From Acidobacteriota bacterium (GTDB lineage: Bacteria; Acidobacteriota; UBA4820; DSQY01), in NCBI GenBank assembly GCA_037440125.1, contig JBBIUU010000008.1, forward strand, positions 1 through 59,564: a stretch of 59,564 nt of DNA. The letters run 5' to 3'. The position numbers and the translations under genes were made by a program. The notes below the pieces were generated by a model. That model ran no database searches. It saw nothing but the letters and a program-made list of their open reading frames with translations, and was not told the origin of the DNA. Of the stretch, positions 45,301-52,992 are shown in pieces. Within the stretch, counting starts at the first letter, position 1; each line of letters starts with the position of its first letter.

Positions 45301-45740
45301 CGGATTACGTGCACCCGATCGGCGGCGCACCGGACTCCGTCGCCCTCTTCGTCGCGTCGTCAGGGAAAGGCGTCCGCGCGCGCGCCGAGGCGCTCAAGGC
45401 GGAAGGCCGCTACCTCCTCTGCCACGCGCTCCAGGCCCTCGCCCTGGAGACCGCCGAGGCCGCCGCCGAGTGGCTCCACCGGAAGCTGCGCGAGCGGTGG
45501 GGGTTCCCCGACGCCGAGGGCACCACCATGCTCGACCGTTTCCAGGCGCGATACCGCGGGAAGCGTTACAGCTTCGGCTACCCCGCGTGCCCCGACCTCG
45601 CCCTCCAGGAGCCCCTCTTCCGTCTGCTGAGGCCCGAGCGCATCGGCGTGAACCTCACGGACGGCTTCATGATGGACCCGGAGGCCTCCGTCTCCGCCGT
45701 GGTCGTGCACCATTCGCAGGCCAAGTACTTCGGCGTTTAG
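42315..45740 (+). CDS. metH: Cobalamin-dependent methionine synthase
   Basis: 1141 aa with Hcy-binding, pterin-binding, B12-binding (GDVHDIGKNLV) and AdoMet-activation modules. Confidence 0.96.
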   Translation: MNERSEQLVELLQERIAVLDGSTGVFLQTQGLSAADFGGTDLEGCNEALVLSRPDVVRAVHDAYLRAGAHIVETDTFGGTPLVLAEYDLDETTVEINRGAARIAREACAAWATPSRPRFVAGSMGPTTKAISVTGGATFEEMVGHYRLQAIGLLEGGADLLLLETMQDTRNLKAGLIAVRRAMDETGLEVPVSVSVTVERSGTLLAGQGVEALYASVMHAPMLSIGLNCATGPDLMASHLRALSGIAKTRISCYPNAGLPDENGRYPETPTTLAQQLARFAAEGWLNLVGGCCGTTPAHVEALADAMEDFAPRRVPDHHRCFLSGIDFLEVEAENRPVLVGERTNVLGSRAFKARIASGDFEGAAEVGRAQVRSGAQVVDVCLQDPDRDEMADATAFFERAAKMVRAPFMIDSTSPDVMERALTLCQGKSLLNSVNLEDGETRLERVVPLALTYGAALVVGTIDEDPAQGMAVTRERKLAVARRAYALLTEKYGLAPEDIVFDPLVFPCGTGDAAYRGSAVETLEGLRLIKAEFPEAKTVLGISNVSFGLPEAGREVLNSVFLYHATLAGLDLAIVNAQRLQRYPSISEEDRRLAEDLLFDRGEDPLGAFSAHFKGRKRDAKPAAPAGTPLERLPRYIVEGTKEGLIEDLEAVRSGGMAPLDIVNGPLMGGMAEVGRLFNQNQLIVAEVLQSAEAMKAAVAHLERFMERSEGARKGKVLLATVKGDVHDIGKNLVDIIFSNNGYEVVNLGIKVPPEKLVEAFREHRPDVIGLSGLLVKSAHQMVTTAEDFTAAGVTPPMLVGGAALTQKFTDLKIAAAYGGFVDYAADAMDGLRLLLRLTDREERARYELEVAARRTSLVPAPLDPEQELLEAPAVRSPRIALEPPLPPPDGEEHLLESLDLDEVWAYLNEQMLYGKHLGLRGSFRKLRDAGDPRAVELEAVMDEVKSSGWLSASALYRFFPAASDGNRLLIGAHDRPSAVFTFPRQRTGDRECIADYVHPIGGAPDSVALFVASSGKGVRARAEALKAEGRYLLCHALQALALETAEAAAEWLHRKLRERWGFPDAEGTTMLDRFQARYRGKRYSFGYPACPDLALQEPLFRLLRPERIGVNLTDGFMMDPEASVSAVVVHHSQAKYFGV

Positions 45741-45751
45741 CGCCGAAGTAC
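45725..45751 (+). terminator. Perfect 11-bp hairpin enclosing the metH stop codon in its loop
   Basis: GTACTTCGGCG-tttag-CGCCGAAGTAC. There is no downstream T tract, so terminator function is uncertain. Confidence 0.35.
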
Positions 45752-45753
45752 CG

Positions 45754-45872
45754 GGAGTAGGACAGTAGGTGAGTAGGTGAGTAGGAATAAAGAAGGACGA
45801 TCGCGAGGGCTGCGCGCCTGAGTGGCAAGGGACGGTTTTCCTATTCCCCTAATTGCCTACTCCCCTACTCAC
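45754..45872. repeat. Inverted pair of tandem 8-mer arrays (TGAGTAGG-type) between metH and the metF-fusion gene
   Basis: Left arm is ggagtagg acagtagg tgagtagg tgagtagg. Right arm is ctattcccctaattgcctactcccctactcac. Confidence 0.7.
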
Positions 45873-45903
45873 GGCCCACGAAGGGTTCCTTCGGAGATAA
45901 GAC

Positions 45904-47754
45904 ATGACCAAGCGCGAGGCGCTGCTGAGCTGGATGAGGGAGACGGTGATCGTGGCGGACGGCGCCATGGGGACGTTGCTGCACCTGCGCGGGATCCCGC
46001 GGACGCACTGCCTGGAGGAGGCGAACCTCGGTCACGCGGACCTCGTCTTCGCGCTCCATCGCGAGTACGTCCACGCGGGCGCCCACATCCTCACCACCAA
46101 CACCTTCAAGGGCAACCGCCTCGCCCTCGCCAACTTCGACCTCGACGGGCGGCTGAAGGACATCAATGCCCGCGGCGTGGAGATCGCGCGGCGCGCGGCC
46201 CACGGCGCACCGGTCTGGGTCGGCGCGTCCATCGGGCCCCTCAAGGTCATGCTCAAGCCCTACGGCAAAGTTGACGAATCGGAGGCGCGCGACATCTGCC
46301 GCGAGCAGGTCGCGGCCCTCGCCGACGCGGGGCCCGACCTCTTCATCGTCGAGACCCAGCAGTCGGCCCTCGAGGCGGGGTTCTTCATCGACGCGTGCAA
46401 GGAGGTGGCGCCCGACATCCCGATCCTCGCGTCCCTGACCTTCAACCGCGACGGCCGGACCTTCTTCGGCGACAGCCCCGTGGAGGGCTGCCGGCGGCTG
46501 GCCGCGAGCGGCGCTGACGTGGTGGGCATCAACTGCTCGTCGGGCCCCGCGGACACCATGCCCTTCGTGGAGGAGATATGCCGCAACGTGGATCACCCGT
46601 TGACGGTCATGCCCAACGCGGGCTACCCCACGGAGGTGGACGGCCAGCTCCACTACCTCAGCAGCCCCGAGTACGTGGCAGGGTACGTTAAGCGCTACGT
46701 GGATCTGGGCGTCAACATCGTGGGCGGGTGCTGCGGCACCACGCCCGACACGATCCGCGCCATCGCCTCGACCTTGAAGGGCCGCGCGCCCGTGAAGCGC
46801 CAGGTGAGCGCCGAGGGCCACCTCGTCATCGGGGAAGTCGCCGCCGAGCCGCTCACCGCCGCGCACCCCGTCGCCGCGGGCTTCTTCCAGAAGCTCGAGA
46901 AGGGCTTCGCGGTGACGTGCGAAATCGACCCGCCCAAGGGCCCCGACGCCCGCGAGGCGGTGGAGGGCGCGAGGCTCCTCAAGCAGGCGGGTGCCTCGGC
47001 CATCGACATCGCCGACAACCCCATGGCCCGCGTGCGCGTCTCCTCCATGGCGCTCGCGCACTTCATCCAGCAGGAGACGGGTCTCTCCACGATCCTCCAC
47101 ATGACGTGCCGCGACCGGAACCTCCTCGCCCTTCAGTCGGAGCTCCTCGGCGCGGCGCTCCTGGGCGTGGACGGCATCCTCGCGCTCAGCGGCGACCCCA
47201 CCGCCGTGGGCGACTTCCCCGCCGCCACCTCGGTGAACGACGTGAACGTGGCGGGTCTCGTGAGGATCATCGCCTCCCTCAACCGCGGGTTCGATTTTTC
47301 CGACCGCGCCATCGGCGCGCCCAGCAGCTTCGCCATCGGCATCGGCGTGAACCTCGCCGCGAAGGACCCCGACAAAGAGCTCGACAAGCTCAAGGAGCGC
47401 GTGGACGCGGGCGCCACCTTCGCCATGAGCCAGCCCGTCTTCACGGCAGAGCCCGTGAAGCGCTTCTTCGACCGCGCGGGCGGCCGGCTCCCCGTCAGGG
47501 TCCTCCCGGGCCTCCTGCCCGTGGCCAGCCTCCGGCAGGCCCAGTACCTCCACAACGAGGTGCCCGGGATGACCCTGCCCGCAGAGTTCCTCGCCAAGAT
47601 CGAGAGCTACGAGCGCCGCGAGGACCAGCAGGCCTACGGCGTCGAGGTCAGCCGCGCGCTCCTGGGCGAGCTGAAGACCTTCGCCCCCGGAGCGTATCTG
47701 ACGAGCGGGGGACGGAGGGTGCAGCTGCTGGTGGACGTGCTGCAGGGGATCTGA
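45904..47754 (+). CDS. Bifunctional homocysteine S-methyltransferase / 5,10-methylenetetrahydrofolate reductase (YitJ-like fusion)
   Basis: 616 aa. N-terminal S-methyl_trans domain (VIVADGAMGTLL..., GGCCGTTP). C-terminal MTHFR domain (FAVTCEIDPPKG..., LHMTCRDRN). Confidence 0.9.
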   Translation: MTKREALLSWMRETVIVADGAMGTLLHLRGIPRTHCLEEANLGHADLVFALHREYVHAGAHILTTNTFKGNRLALANFDLDGRLKDINARGVEIARRAAHGAPVWVGASIGPLKVMLKPYGKVDESEARDICREQVAALADAGPDLFIVETQQSALEAGFFIDACKEVAPDIPILASLTFNRDGRTFFGDSPVEGCRRLAASGADVVGINCSSGPADTMPFVEEICRNVDHPLTVMPNAGYPTEVDGQLHYLSSPEYVAGYVKRYVDLGVNIVGGCCGTTPDTIRAIASTLKGRAPVKRQVSAEGHLVIGEVAAEPLTAAHPVAAGFFQKLEKGFAVTCEIDPPKGPDAREAVEGARLLKQAGASAIDIADNPMARVRVSSMALAHFIQQETGLSTILHMTCRDRNLLALQSELLGAALLGVDGILALSGDPTAVGDFPAATSVNDVNVAGLVRIIASLNRGFDFSDRAIGAPSSFAIGIGVNLAAKDPDKELDKLKERVDAGATFAMSQPVFTAEPVKRFFDRAGGRLPVRVLPGLLPVASLRQAQYLHNEVPGMTLPAEFLAKIESYERREDQQAYGVEVSRALLGELKTFAPGAYLTSGGRRVQLLVDVLQGI

Positions 47755-47971
47755 GGGGGCACCGCCGGGACGGAGCGCATGGGCTTTGTCAGGCGCTCGG
47801 TCCGAATCCTCAACGGACCTTCCAGGTACGCCTCCGGTTCGTCCCTCGCGCCTTTCGCGCCCCTGCGCCCGTCGCGGCGGGATGCCGCGTTCCGGCAAAG
47901 GGACGCCGGAACGCAAAGTAGATTAAGGAAATGCGCGCGCCGCCTACTAGCCGTCTAGTTCCACCCAGCGC

Positions 47972-49474
47972 TTACCAGACGAAGGACGCGCCGATTCGAA
48001 CCACCTGAAGGATTTGCTCGCCGAAGGAACTTCCAGCGTAGTAGGGATAATACCGATGGTAGTCATAGGCCGCTTCGTAGGATGCCTTCACTTCCCATGA
48101 GGGACTGGGTCTACAGAGGAGGCCGATGGACGCCGTGTAGTGGCTCCACTCGTCTGGGATGGGGCTGAAGTTTCTCAGCGGGTAGATGTTCAAGCTCCCA
48201 TCGAGCTGTAGCGCTCTGCCGACACCGACTGAGATGGCGTTGAGTATCTTCATCTGTGCCACGCCATACCCGACTCCGGCGACCCCTCCCATGAATCGGT
48301 CGGTATAGCGGTATCGGGTCTGCGACCATTCCACCCCGCCATCCCATCGGAACTGCCCCGGGTCGAGGAGCGGGAATCTGAATCCGTTCAGGTCCCTCTT
48401 GAGGGGCTCGCCGGTCCGCGTCGGTCTCGTGATCGCCGTCACCTCTAGAGCCGCCTTCATTTCACCCGCCTGTTCCGGATAGGAAATGGGGACTCCATCG
48501 CTGGAACCGTCCCAGGCCCTCCTCGAGTAACCCAGCACACCGCTGAGCTGCAAAGTCTGTCCCCACCTGCGATGCAGGCTCACGGTCAACGCATCCATCT
48601 GGCTCCACGATTCCTCTACAACCCTCAAAGGTGGATCATATGGGGAGTTGACGCTGACTAGAATCCCAGAACGTGCGTAGGGGTTCGTATGGGAGACGGC
48701 TACCTCGGTTTCCCAATCTCGTGCAAGCCCGTAGCGCCAGCCCAGATCGAAAGAGACGATGTCGTCGGTGTTCACATAGTAGTAGCTGCCGCTATATTGA
48801 GTACCGCTTCGCCCGCCACTCTTCCCGCAGTAATGATTTCGCTCGACGGAAATGGACCCCGCAAGGAGGTTCTGCCCAGGGTCTAGAAGCGGTTTGCTCA
48901 GACCGTTGAGATCGGGGACGAGAAGCTTGTAGCTCTGGGTCGGGCGGGTAAGCCAGCTGAAGGCGAGCACCATCCTGTCGAGGGTGGCTCTGTCGTCATC
49001 GAAGGAACTGTACACAGGATCCCACGGTTCATGACTTCCGGCCGTCCAGCCAGAGAACGATGTCGTATAGCTGAGCGACGCTTCAAATCCCTGCGAAGGG
49101 CGATAGGTCAGGGCCAGCGCCCCGGTGGAGGCGTTCGAATGCCAGAATCCGTTCCCCGTGCGGTAATCGGTGTAGGTGCCGCCGACCGACAGCCTGAGTT
49201 TGTCCGTGAGCCCCACGTCCGTGGACACCATGGGGGTCATGAACCGGACCCCGCTGTAATTTGCCCAGCCGTAATGCCCACTCTTGTACCAGTCGTCGTG
49301 CGTGGAGAGCTCGAAGTTCCACACTGACTGTCCCTTCGCCGGCAAGGGCCTGTACTCCTCGTCCAGGTCTGCCGCTGCGCAGGGTGCTACTACAAGGGCA
49401 GCAAACAGGACCAGCGCCGCCTTGCCACACAGCCATTTCCATCGAGATCTTTCCCGAACTAGGTCTGCCGTCAT
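47972..49474 (-). CDS. Putative outer-membrane beta-barrel protein, in a region of lower GC
   Basis: ATG at 49474; the track ORF starts at a GTG at 49504. Signal-like MTADLVRERSRWKWLCGKAALVLFAALVVAPCAAA. Alternating Tyr/Gly/Ser/Trp-rich strands with an aromatic C-terminus ...RIGASFVW. No family recognised. Confidence 0.7.
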   Translation of the reverse strand: MTADLVRERSRWKWLCGKAALVLFAALVVAPCAAADLDEEYRPLPAKGQSVWNFELSTHDDWYKSGHYGWANYSGVRFMTPMVSTDVGLTDKLRLSVGGTYTDYRTGNGFWHSNASTGALALTYRPSQGFEASLSYTTSFSGWTAGSHEPWDPVYSSFDDDRATLDRMVLAFSWLTRPTQSYKLLVPDLNGLSKPLLDPGQNLLAGSISVERNHYCGKSGGRSGTQYSGSYYYVNTDDIVSFDLGWRYGLARDWETEVAVSHTNPYARSGILVSVNSPYDPPLRVVEESWSQMDALTVSLHRRWGQTLQLSGVLGYSRRAWDGSSDGVPISYPEQAGEMKAALEVTAITRPTRTGEPLKRDLNGFRFPLLDPGQFRWDGGVEWSQTRYRYTDRFMGGVAGVGYGVAQMKILNAISVGVGRALQLDGSLNIYPLRNFSPIPDEWSHYTASIGLLCRPSPSWEVKASYEAAYDYHRYYPYYAGSSFGEQILQVVRIGASFVW

Positions 49475-49669
49475 GAGGTCCCCCAAAGGTCGCCTAAGAG
49501 TCACTGGTCTTCATCGCCGCAGCATCATGCAGCCATGGGTCGAGCGCGAAGACGTTCGATTGGTTCCCCCTCTGTGGTGGTAAGACGGTGCGGGAGAACG
49601 TTTGTCTAGAGGATCAGAATGGTTGAGTTGGTTAATGGCATTGAGAAGAGTGCCGGGTCTGGCAGACGG

Positions 49670-49837
49670 CCGTGCTCGCGTTCCGGCGTCACTGTGCCGG
49701 GACGCGGCGTCCCGACGCCGTTGGGCCTTATGCGCGAAAGGCGAGAGGCCCGAGGCCGACGCGTACTGGGATGTACTCGGAGCGCCTCGGGCCGCGACGC
49801 CTGACAAAGCAGAAGGTCCGACGCCGTCGGCGCACGG
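49670..49837. other. Palindrome-dense GC-rich segment (nested hairpins) upstream of the OMP gene; possible structured RNA or REP-like element
   Basis: CCGTGC...GCACGG closes CGGCGTC[..GGGACGC-g-GCGTCCC]GACGCCG and GGCCCGAGGC(27 nt)GCCTCGGGCC. All read directly from the sequence. The strand is unknown. Confidence 0.3.
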
Positions 49838-49843
49838 TGGTAA

Positions 49844-49853
49844 GGGGGGGGGG
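49844..49853. repeat. G10 homopolymer tract
   Basis: taaGGGGGGGGGGatgg, counted directly. Confidence 0.9.
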
Positions 49854-50014
49854 ATGGTTCTCCACTTCTGATCAAGGGCGGCGAGCCGAAGGCTCGCGGC
49901 GGTGCGGAACAGGGCGGCGGCGGGATGCCTGCTTCCCAGAGCCGCCTTGGACGCGCCGCCGAACGGTGCCCGCAGGGCATCGCCGCCCTTGGCATGGCGA
50001 GTCAATCGCTCCAT

Positions 50015-50047
50015 CCAAACGAAAAGGGCGGCCTCGCGGTCGCCCTT
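50015..50047 (-). terminator. Rho-independent terminator after the V4R-like gene
   Basis: On the minus strand, AAGGGCG (10-nt loop) CGCCCTT followed by TTCGTTTGG, about 40 nt after the stop at 50087. Confidence 0.55.
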
Positions 50048-50086
50048 CGTGCATTCGCTTCATTCCGCCGTCTCGCGGCGCCGTGG

Positions 50087-50770
50087 TCAGCTCCAGCTGA
50101 CTTCAAAGAGGCATACCTTCGAGAGCGCGCCGGGGCCGGCGTTGCACCGGTCGTGGGTGACCACGGGGTCCTTCGCGCCGAGCTTCTCGAGCGCCCCGAA
50201 CAGATATCCCATCTCCGTCGAGCAGTCCATCGGGCTCGCCTTCTCCATCCCGGTGTTGTCCATAGAGATCTTGAACCGCTTCGGCCCGCCCTCCTCCACC
50301 ACGAACTTGTCCGCGAAGGCGTCGCCGTAGCACTTGCGGTTGATCGTCACGAAGGAGATCTTCAGCCAGTCCTCCGGCGTGCGGCGGTCGAAGAGCAGCT
50401 TGAAGATGCCCTCCGCCTGCCGGTGGGCGTTGAACCGCCCCGCCTCGAAGGTGAGGCACGGCGTTTTGGAGGAGCGCGTGAAGAGGGGCGCGCCGGGGCC
50501 CTTGATGGCGATGGTCATGGCTTCCAGGAAGACACGGTCCACCCAGTAGGGCAGGTAGGAGCTCGAGAGGACGGGCCCCGAGAGGAACTTCTTCTCCATG
50601 ATCTCCGCGCGCTCGGTCGACCCCGCGAGCCTCACCGCCTCGGCCCGGATCTTCTCCATGACCTTGGCGTGGTCCAGGCCGTTGTTCTTGCAGTACTCCT
50701 CCACGAAGAGGAGGCGCCCCTTGATGAAGTCGCCGAGCTGGACCTCGTTCCCGTTGCTCGCCATGCTCAT
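50087..50770 (-). CDS. Hypothetical protein, tentatively a V4R-like small-molecule-binding domain protein
   Basis: ATG at 50770 after AGGAGG. 227 aa. The C-terminal ...THDRCNAGPGALSKVCLFEVSWS resembles the Cys..G..C.F end of V4R domains. The assignment is weak. Confidence 0.55.
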   Translation of the reverse strand: MSMASNGNEVQLGDFIKGRLLFVEEYCKNNGLDHAKVMEKIRAEAVRLAGSTERAEIMEKKFLSGPVLSSSYLPYWVDRVFLEAMTIAIKGPGAPLFTRSSKTPCLTFEAGRFNAHRQAEGIFKLLFDRRTPEDWLKISFVTINRKCYGDAFADKFVVEEGGPKRFKISMDNTGMEKASPMDCSTEMGYLFGALEKLGAKDPVVTHDRCNAGPGALSKVCLFEVSWS

Positions 50771-50855
50771 GGATCCTCCTCTAGGCCGGGAGTCTACCGC
50801 CGGCGCAGGAAAAGCGCCAGCCCACCTCTCTGGACTCAGGGGAAGGGGCCAGCCG

Positions 50856-52982
50856 CTACCGCGTGAACGTCGTGACAGCGCTCCCACCGTCGGGGTTCAC
50901 GATGAGGATGGCCACCGGCTGGCCGGCCGCGAACCGGGCCTTCAGGGAAGTCCCGCCCTTGAGGACGAGGAGATTGGCGCTCTTGCGCGTCACGTTGGGC
51001 CACGGCTCCGGGTCGCCTCCGATGTAGACTCTCACCCCCTCTTGGAACTCGCTGCCGGAGATCTTGAGCCGGAAGGGGGCCCTGAGCGCGGCGACGCCCA
51101 GGATGGTGATGGGAGGCGCGGCCGGCCGGACCAGGAGGTCGCCCCCGTGCGTGCAGGTGACGCCCTCGATGGAGACCGTGACGCGCCACGAGTAGGTCCC
51201 AGCCGACGCGTAGGCGTGCGCCGGGCTCGCCCCCGAGCCGTGAGCGCTGCCGTCACCGAAGTCCCAGTCCCAGGAGAGGCTCCCCTCGCATCCCGTGGGC
51301 GTTGCGGTGCACGAGAAGGTCACCTCCTGGCCCACCGTGGCCTGTGACGGCCCCGCGGCAGAGCAAGCGAGCGAGCAGGTCCCCGACGCGCTCGCCTGGA
51401 TCGTCCCCTGCCGAACGCACGTCCGCTGGTCCGCGGAGGCTGTCAGGGCCCACGCGTAGGTCCCCGCCTGGGTGTAGGCGTGCGAAGGGCCCTGCTCGTG
51501 GGAGTCGGCCGAGCCGTCCCCGAAGGACCAGGCGAACGTCACCGCCCCCTGGCAGTCCGAAGCGGTCGCCTCTGCGCCGAATGCGGCCGGGGTGCCGACT
51601 TTGGCCGTGGCCGGTACCGTGGCCGAGCACTCGATGCGGCACGCGCCGTCCCAGCCGGGCTCGAGTTCCACGAGGTAGGTCTCCACCTGCTGGGTGCCCG
51701 TGCGTCCCCAGTTGGTTGTGAAGAGCAGCCTCGTGAAATCGCGGTTGGCGCTCGCCTGCGGTTCGGCGAAATAGTCCTGGCCCGAGGACTGGTCCACGAT
51801 CGAGTGCGTGTGCGCGAGGCGCACGATGCGCCCTTCCGGTCTGAGCTCCATCGCGAAGAGCTCGTCGTCCATCCAGGTGTGGCTCGCCGCATCGCCGTCG
51901 TGGGTGGACACCAGGGCCCAGCCGGGCAGGCGGTAGCCCCGCCCCGAAATGTGGAACCCCATGGGCGTGTGGGAGAAGTCGATGGGCCACAAGTCGGTGC
52001 TCACGCCCGTCTCCAGGTCGACGACGGAGAGGTGGTCGGTATCGAGCTGCTGGTAGACCATGACCTCGCGCCCCTGTGCGTCGATGGCGAGGTCAGAGTG
52101 GCCGATGTTCCGCACGAGCCCCCGTCCATTCTGGAGATTCTGTCCGTACACCATGAGGCCGCAGGGCTGGGCGTCGGTGCCGAGCGAGCCCTCGGGGCAG
52201 TAGCCGAACTGGGCCACGAAGAAGTTCCCCAGCGGGCTGATGGTGACGCTGTCCACGTCGTCGATGCCCGGCGTGCCCCTCACGTCCCGCTTGGCGACGA
52301 CGGTGTCGCCCACGCGGTCGTAAACGAGGAACGCCAGGGTGCGAGACCGCGCGTCCTGGGCCATGAGACCCCAGTACCGGCCGTCGAGGGAGGGGCTGCC
52401 CTCGTACCGCGTCCACACGATCTCGGGGGACATCCCCGGCAGGTCGGGCGCGAAGTCGTGCTGGATCGCCCGCTCGCCGGTGGCCACGAGGAGGACCATG
52501 AGCCGCGTCCCATCCACGTAGTAGAGGAGGTTGGGGTCGGTCGCGTCCCAGCGGGGGTCTACGCTGCCCTGGAGCGCCGTGGCGCCGAGCGGCTGGAGGG
52601 TGTCGGCGCGGTAGATGTACCAGTAAGCCTCCGTGCTCCGGATGAGGATGAGGCTCTCGTCGGCGTTGAAGGACTGCACCCGGGAGTACTCGTTCTTCAG
52701 GCCCTGGGACGGGTCGCCCTGTGCGATGTCCGCGGCCCGGTCGGTGAGGCGCGTGACGCACCTCCCGAAGACGGGGTCGCGGAAGGGCGCGCGCGCCGGG
52801 GGTTCGGGGAGATCGGGCGCCTGGACCACGAGGAGGTCGTCCACGAGGGGCGGCTCGGGCCCCGCACACCTCGTGGCCTGCCGTGCCGCGCCGGGGCCGC
52901 AGACTCCGGCGACGGGGCCCGCGGCGAGGGTGCCCAGCGCGATCGAGGCGAGGAAGACGCCCGTCCCCAGGATTTTCAGCAT
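50856..52982 (-). CDS. Secreted beta-propeller protein with two PKD domains and a C-terminal IPT/TIG-like domain
   Basis: 708 aa with a signal peptide. Propeller-like repeats (DPRWDATDPNLLYYVDG, SPSLDGRYWG, ISPLGNFFV). Two PKD signatures (FAWSFGDGSADS..., WDWDFGDGSAHG...). Confidence 0.8.
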   Translation of the reverse strand: MLKILGTGVFLASIALGTLAAGPVAGVCGPGAARQATRCAGPEPPLVDDLLVVQAPDLPEPPARAPFRDPVFGRCVTRLTDRAADIAQGDPSQGLKNEYSRVQSFNADESLILIRSTEAYWYIYRADTLQPLGATALQGSVDPRWDATDPNLLYYVDGTRLMVLLVATGERAIQHDFAPDLPGMSPEIVWTRYEGSPSLDGRYWGLMAQDARSRTLAFLVYDRVGDTVVAKRDVRGTPGIDDVDSVTISPLGNFFVAQFGYCPEGSLGTDAQPCGLMVYGQNLQNGRGLVRNIGHSDLAIDAQGREVMVYQQLDTDHLSVVDLETGVSTDLWPIDFSHTPMGFHISGRGYRLPGWALVSTHDGDAASHTWMDDELFAMELRPEGRIVRLAHTHSIVDQSSGQDYFAEPQASANRDFTRLLFTTNWGRTGTQQVETYLVELEPGWDGACRIECSATVPATAKVGTPAAFGAEATASDCQGAVTFAWSFGDGSADSHEQGPSHAYTQAGTYAWALTASADQRTCVRQGTIQASASGTCSLACSAAGPSQATVGQEVTFSCTATPTGCEGSLSWDWDFGDGSAHGSGASPAHAYASAGTYSWRVTVSIEGVTCTHGGDLLVRPAAPPITILGVAALRAPFRLKISGSEFQEGVRVYIGGDPEPWPNVTRKSANLLVLKGGTSLKARFAAGQPVAILIVNPDGGSAVTTFTR

Positions 52983-52992
52983 CGCCTCCCCC

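Noticed and set aside
47771-47835. A T-arm-like GGTCCGAATCC sequence next to the lower-GC OMP gene, considered as a tRNA-fragment attachment site marking an integrated island.
   Set aside because: The flanking bases do not form a T-stem or an acceptor stem. No matching tRNA exists in the window and no integrase is present.
47883-47912. A 10-bp hairpin GCGTTCCGGC-N8-GCCGGAACGC between the convergent metF-fusion and OMP genes, considered as a bidirectional terminator.
   Set aside because: There is no U-tract on either strand. It may still terminate transcription, but the sequence alone does not support a confident terminator call.
47915-49660. The lower-GC region considered as a mobile element or prophage remnant.
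   Set aside because: It contains a single OMP-like gene with no transposase, integrase or terminal inverted repeats. Only a 6-nt GTCTAG is shared by both flanks (about 47953 and about 49604), which is within chance. It is reported only as a compositional anomaly.
49511-50014. The 167-aa minus-strand ORF and overlapping plus-strand ORFs (49672..50100, 49902..50330) in the gap between the OMP and V4R-like genes.
   Set aside because: They lack an RBS, have an Arg/Ala/Pro-rich composition typical of random GC-rich frames, carry no motif, and overlap the terminator and palindromes. The region is treated as non-coding.
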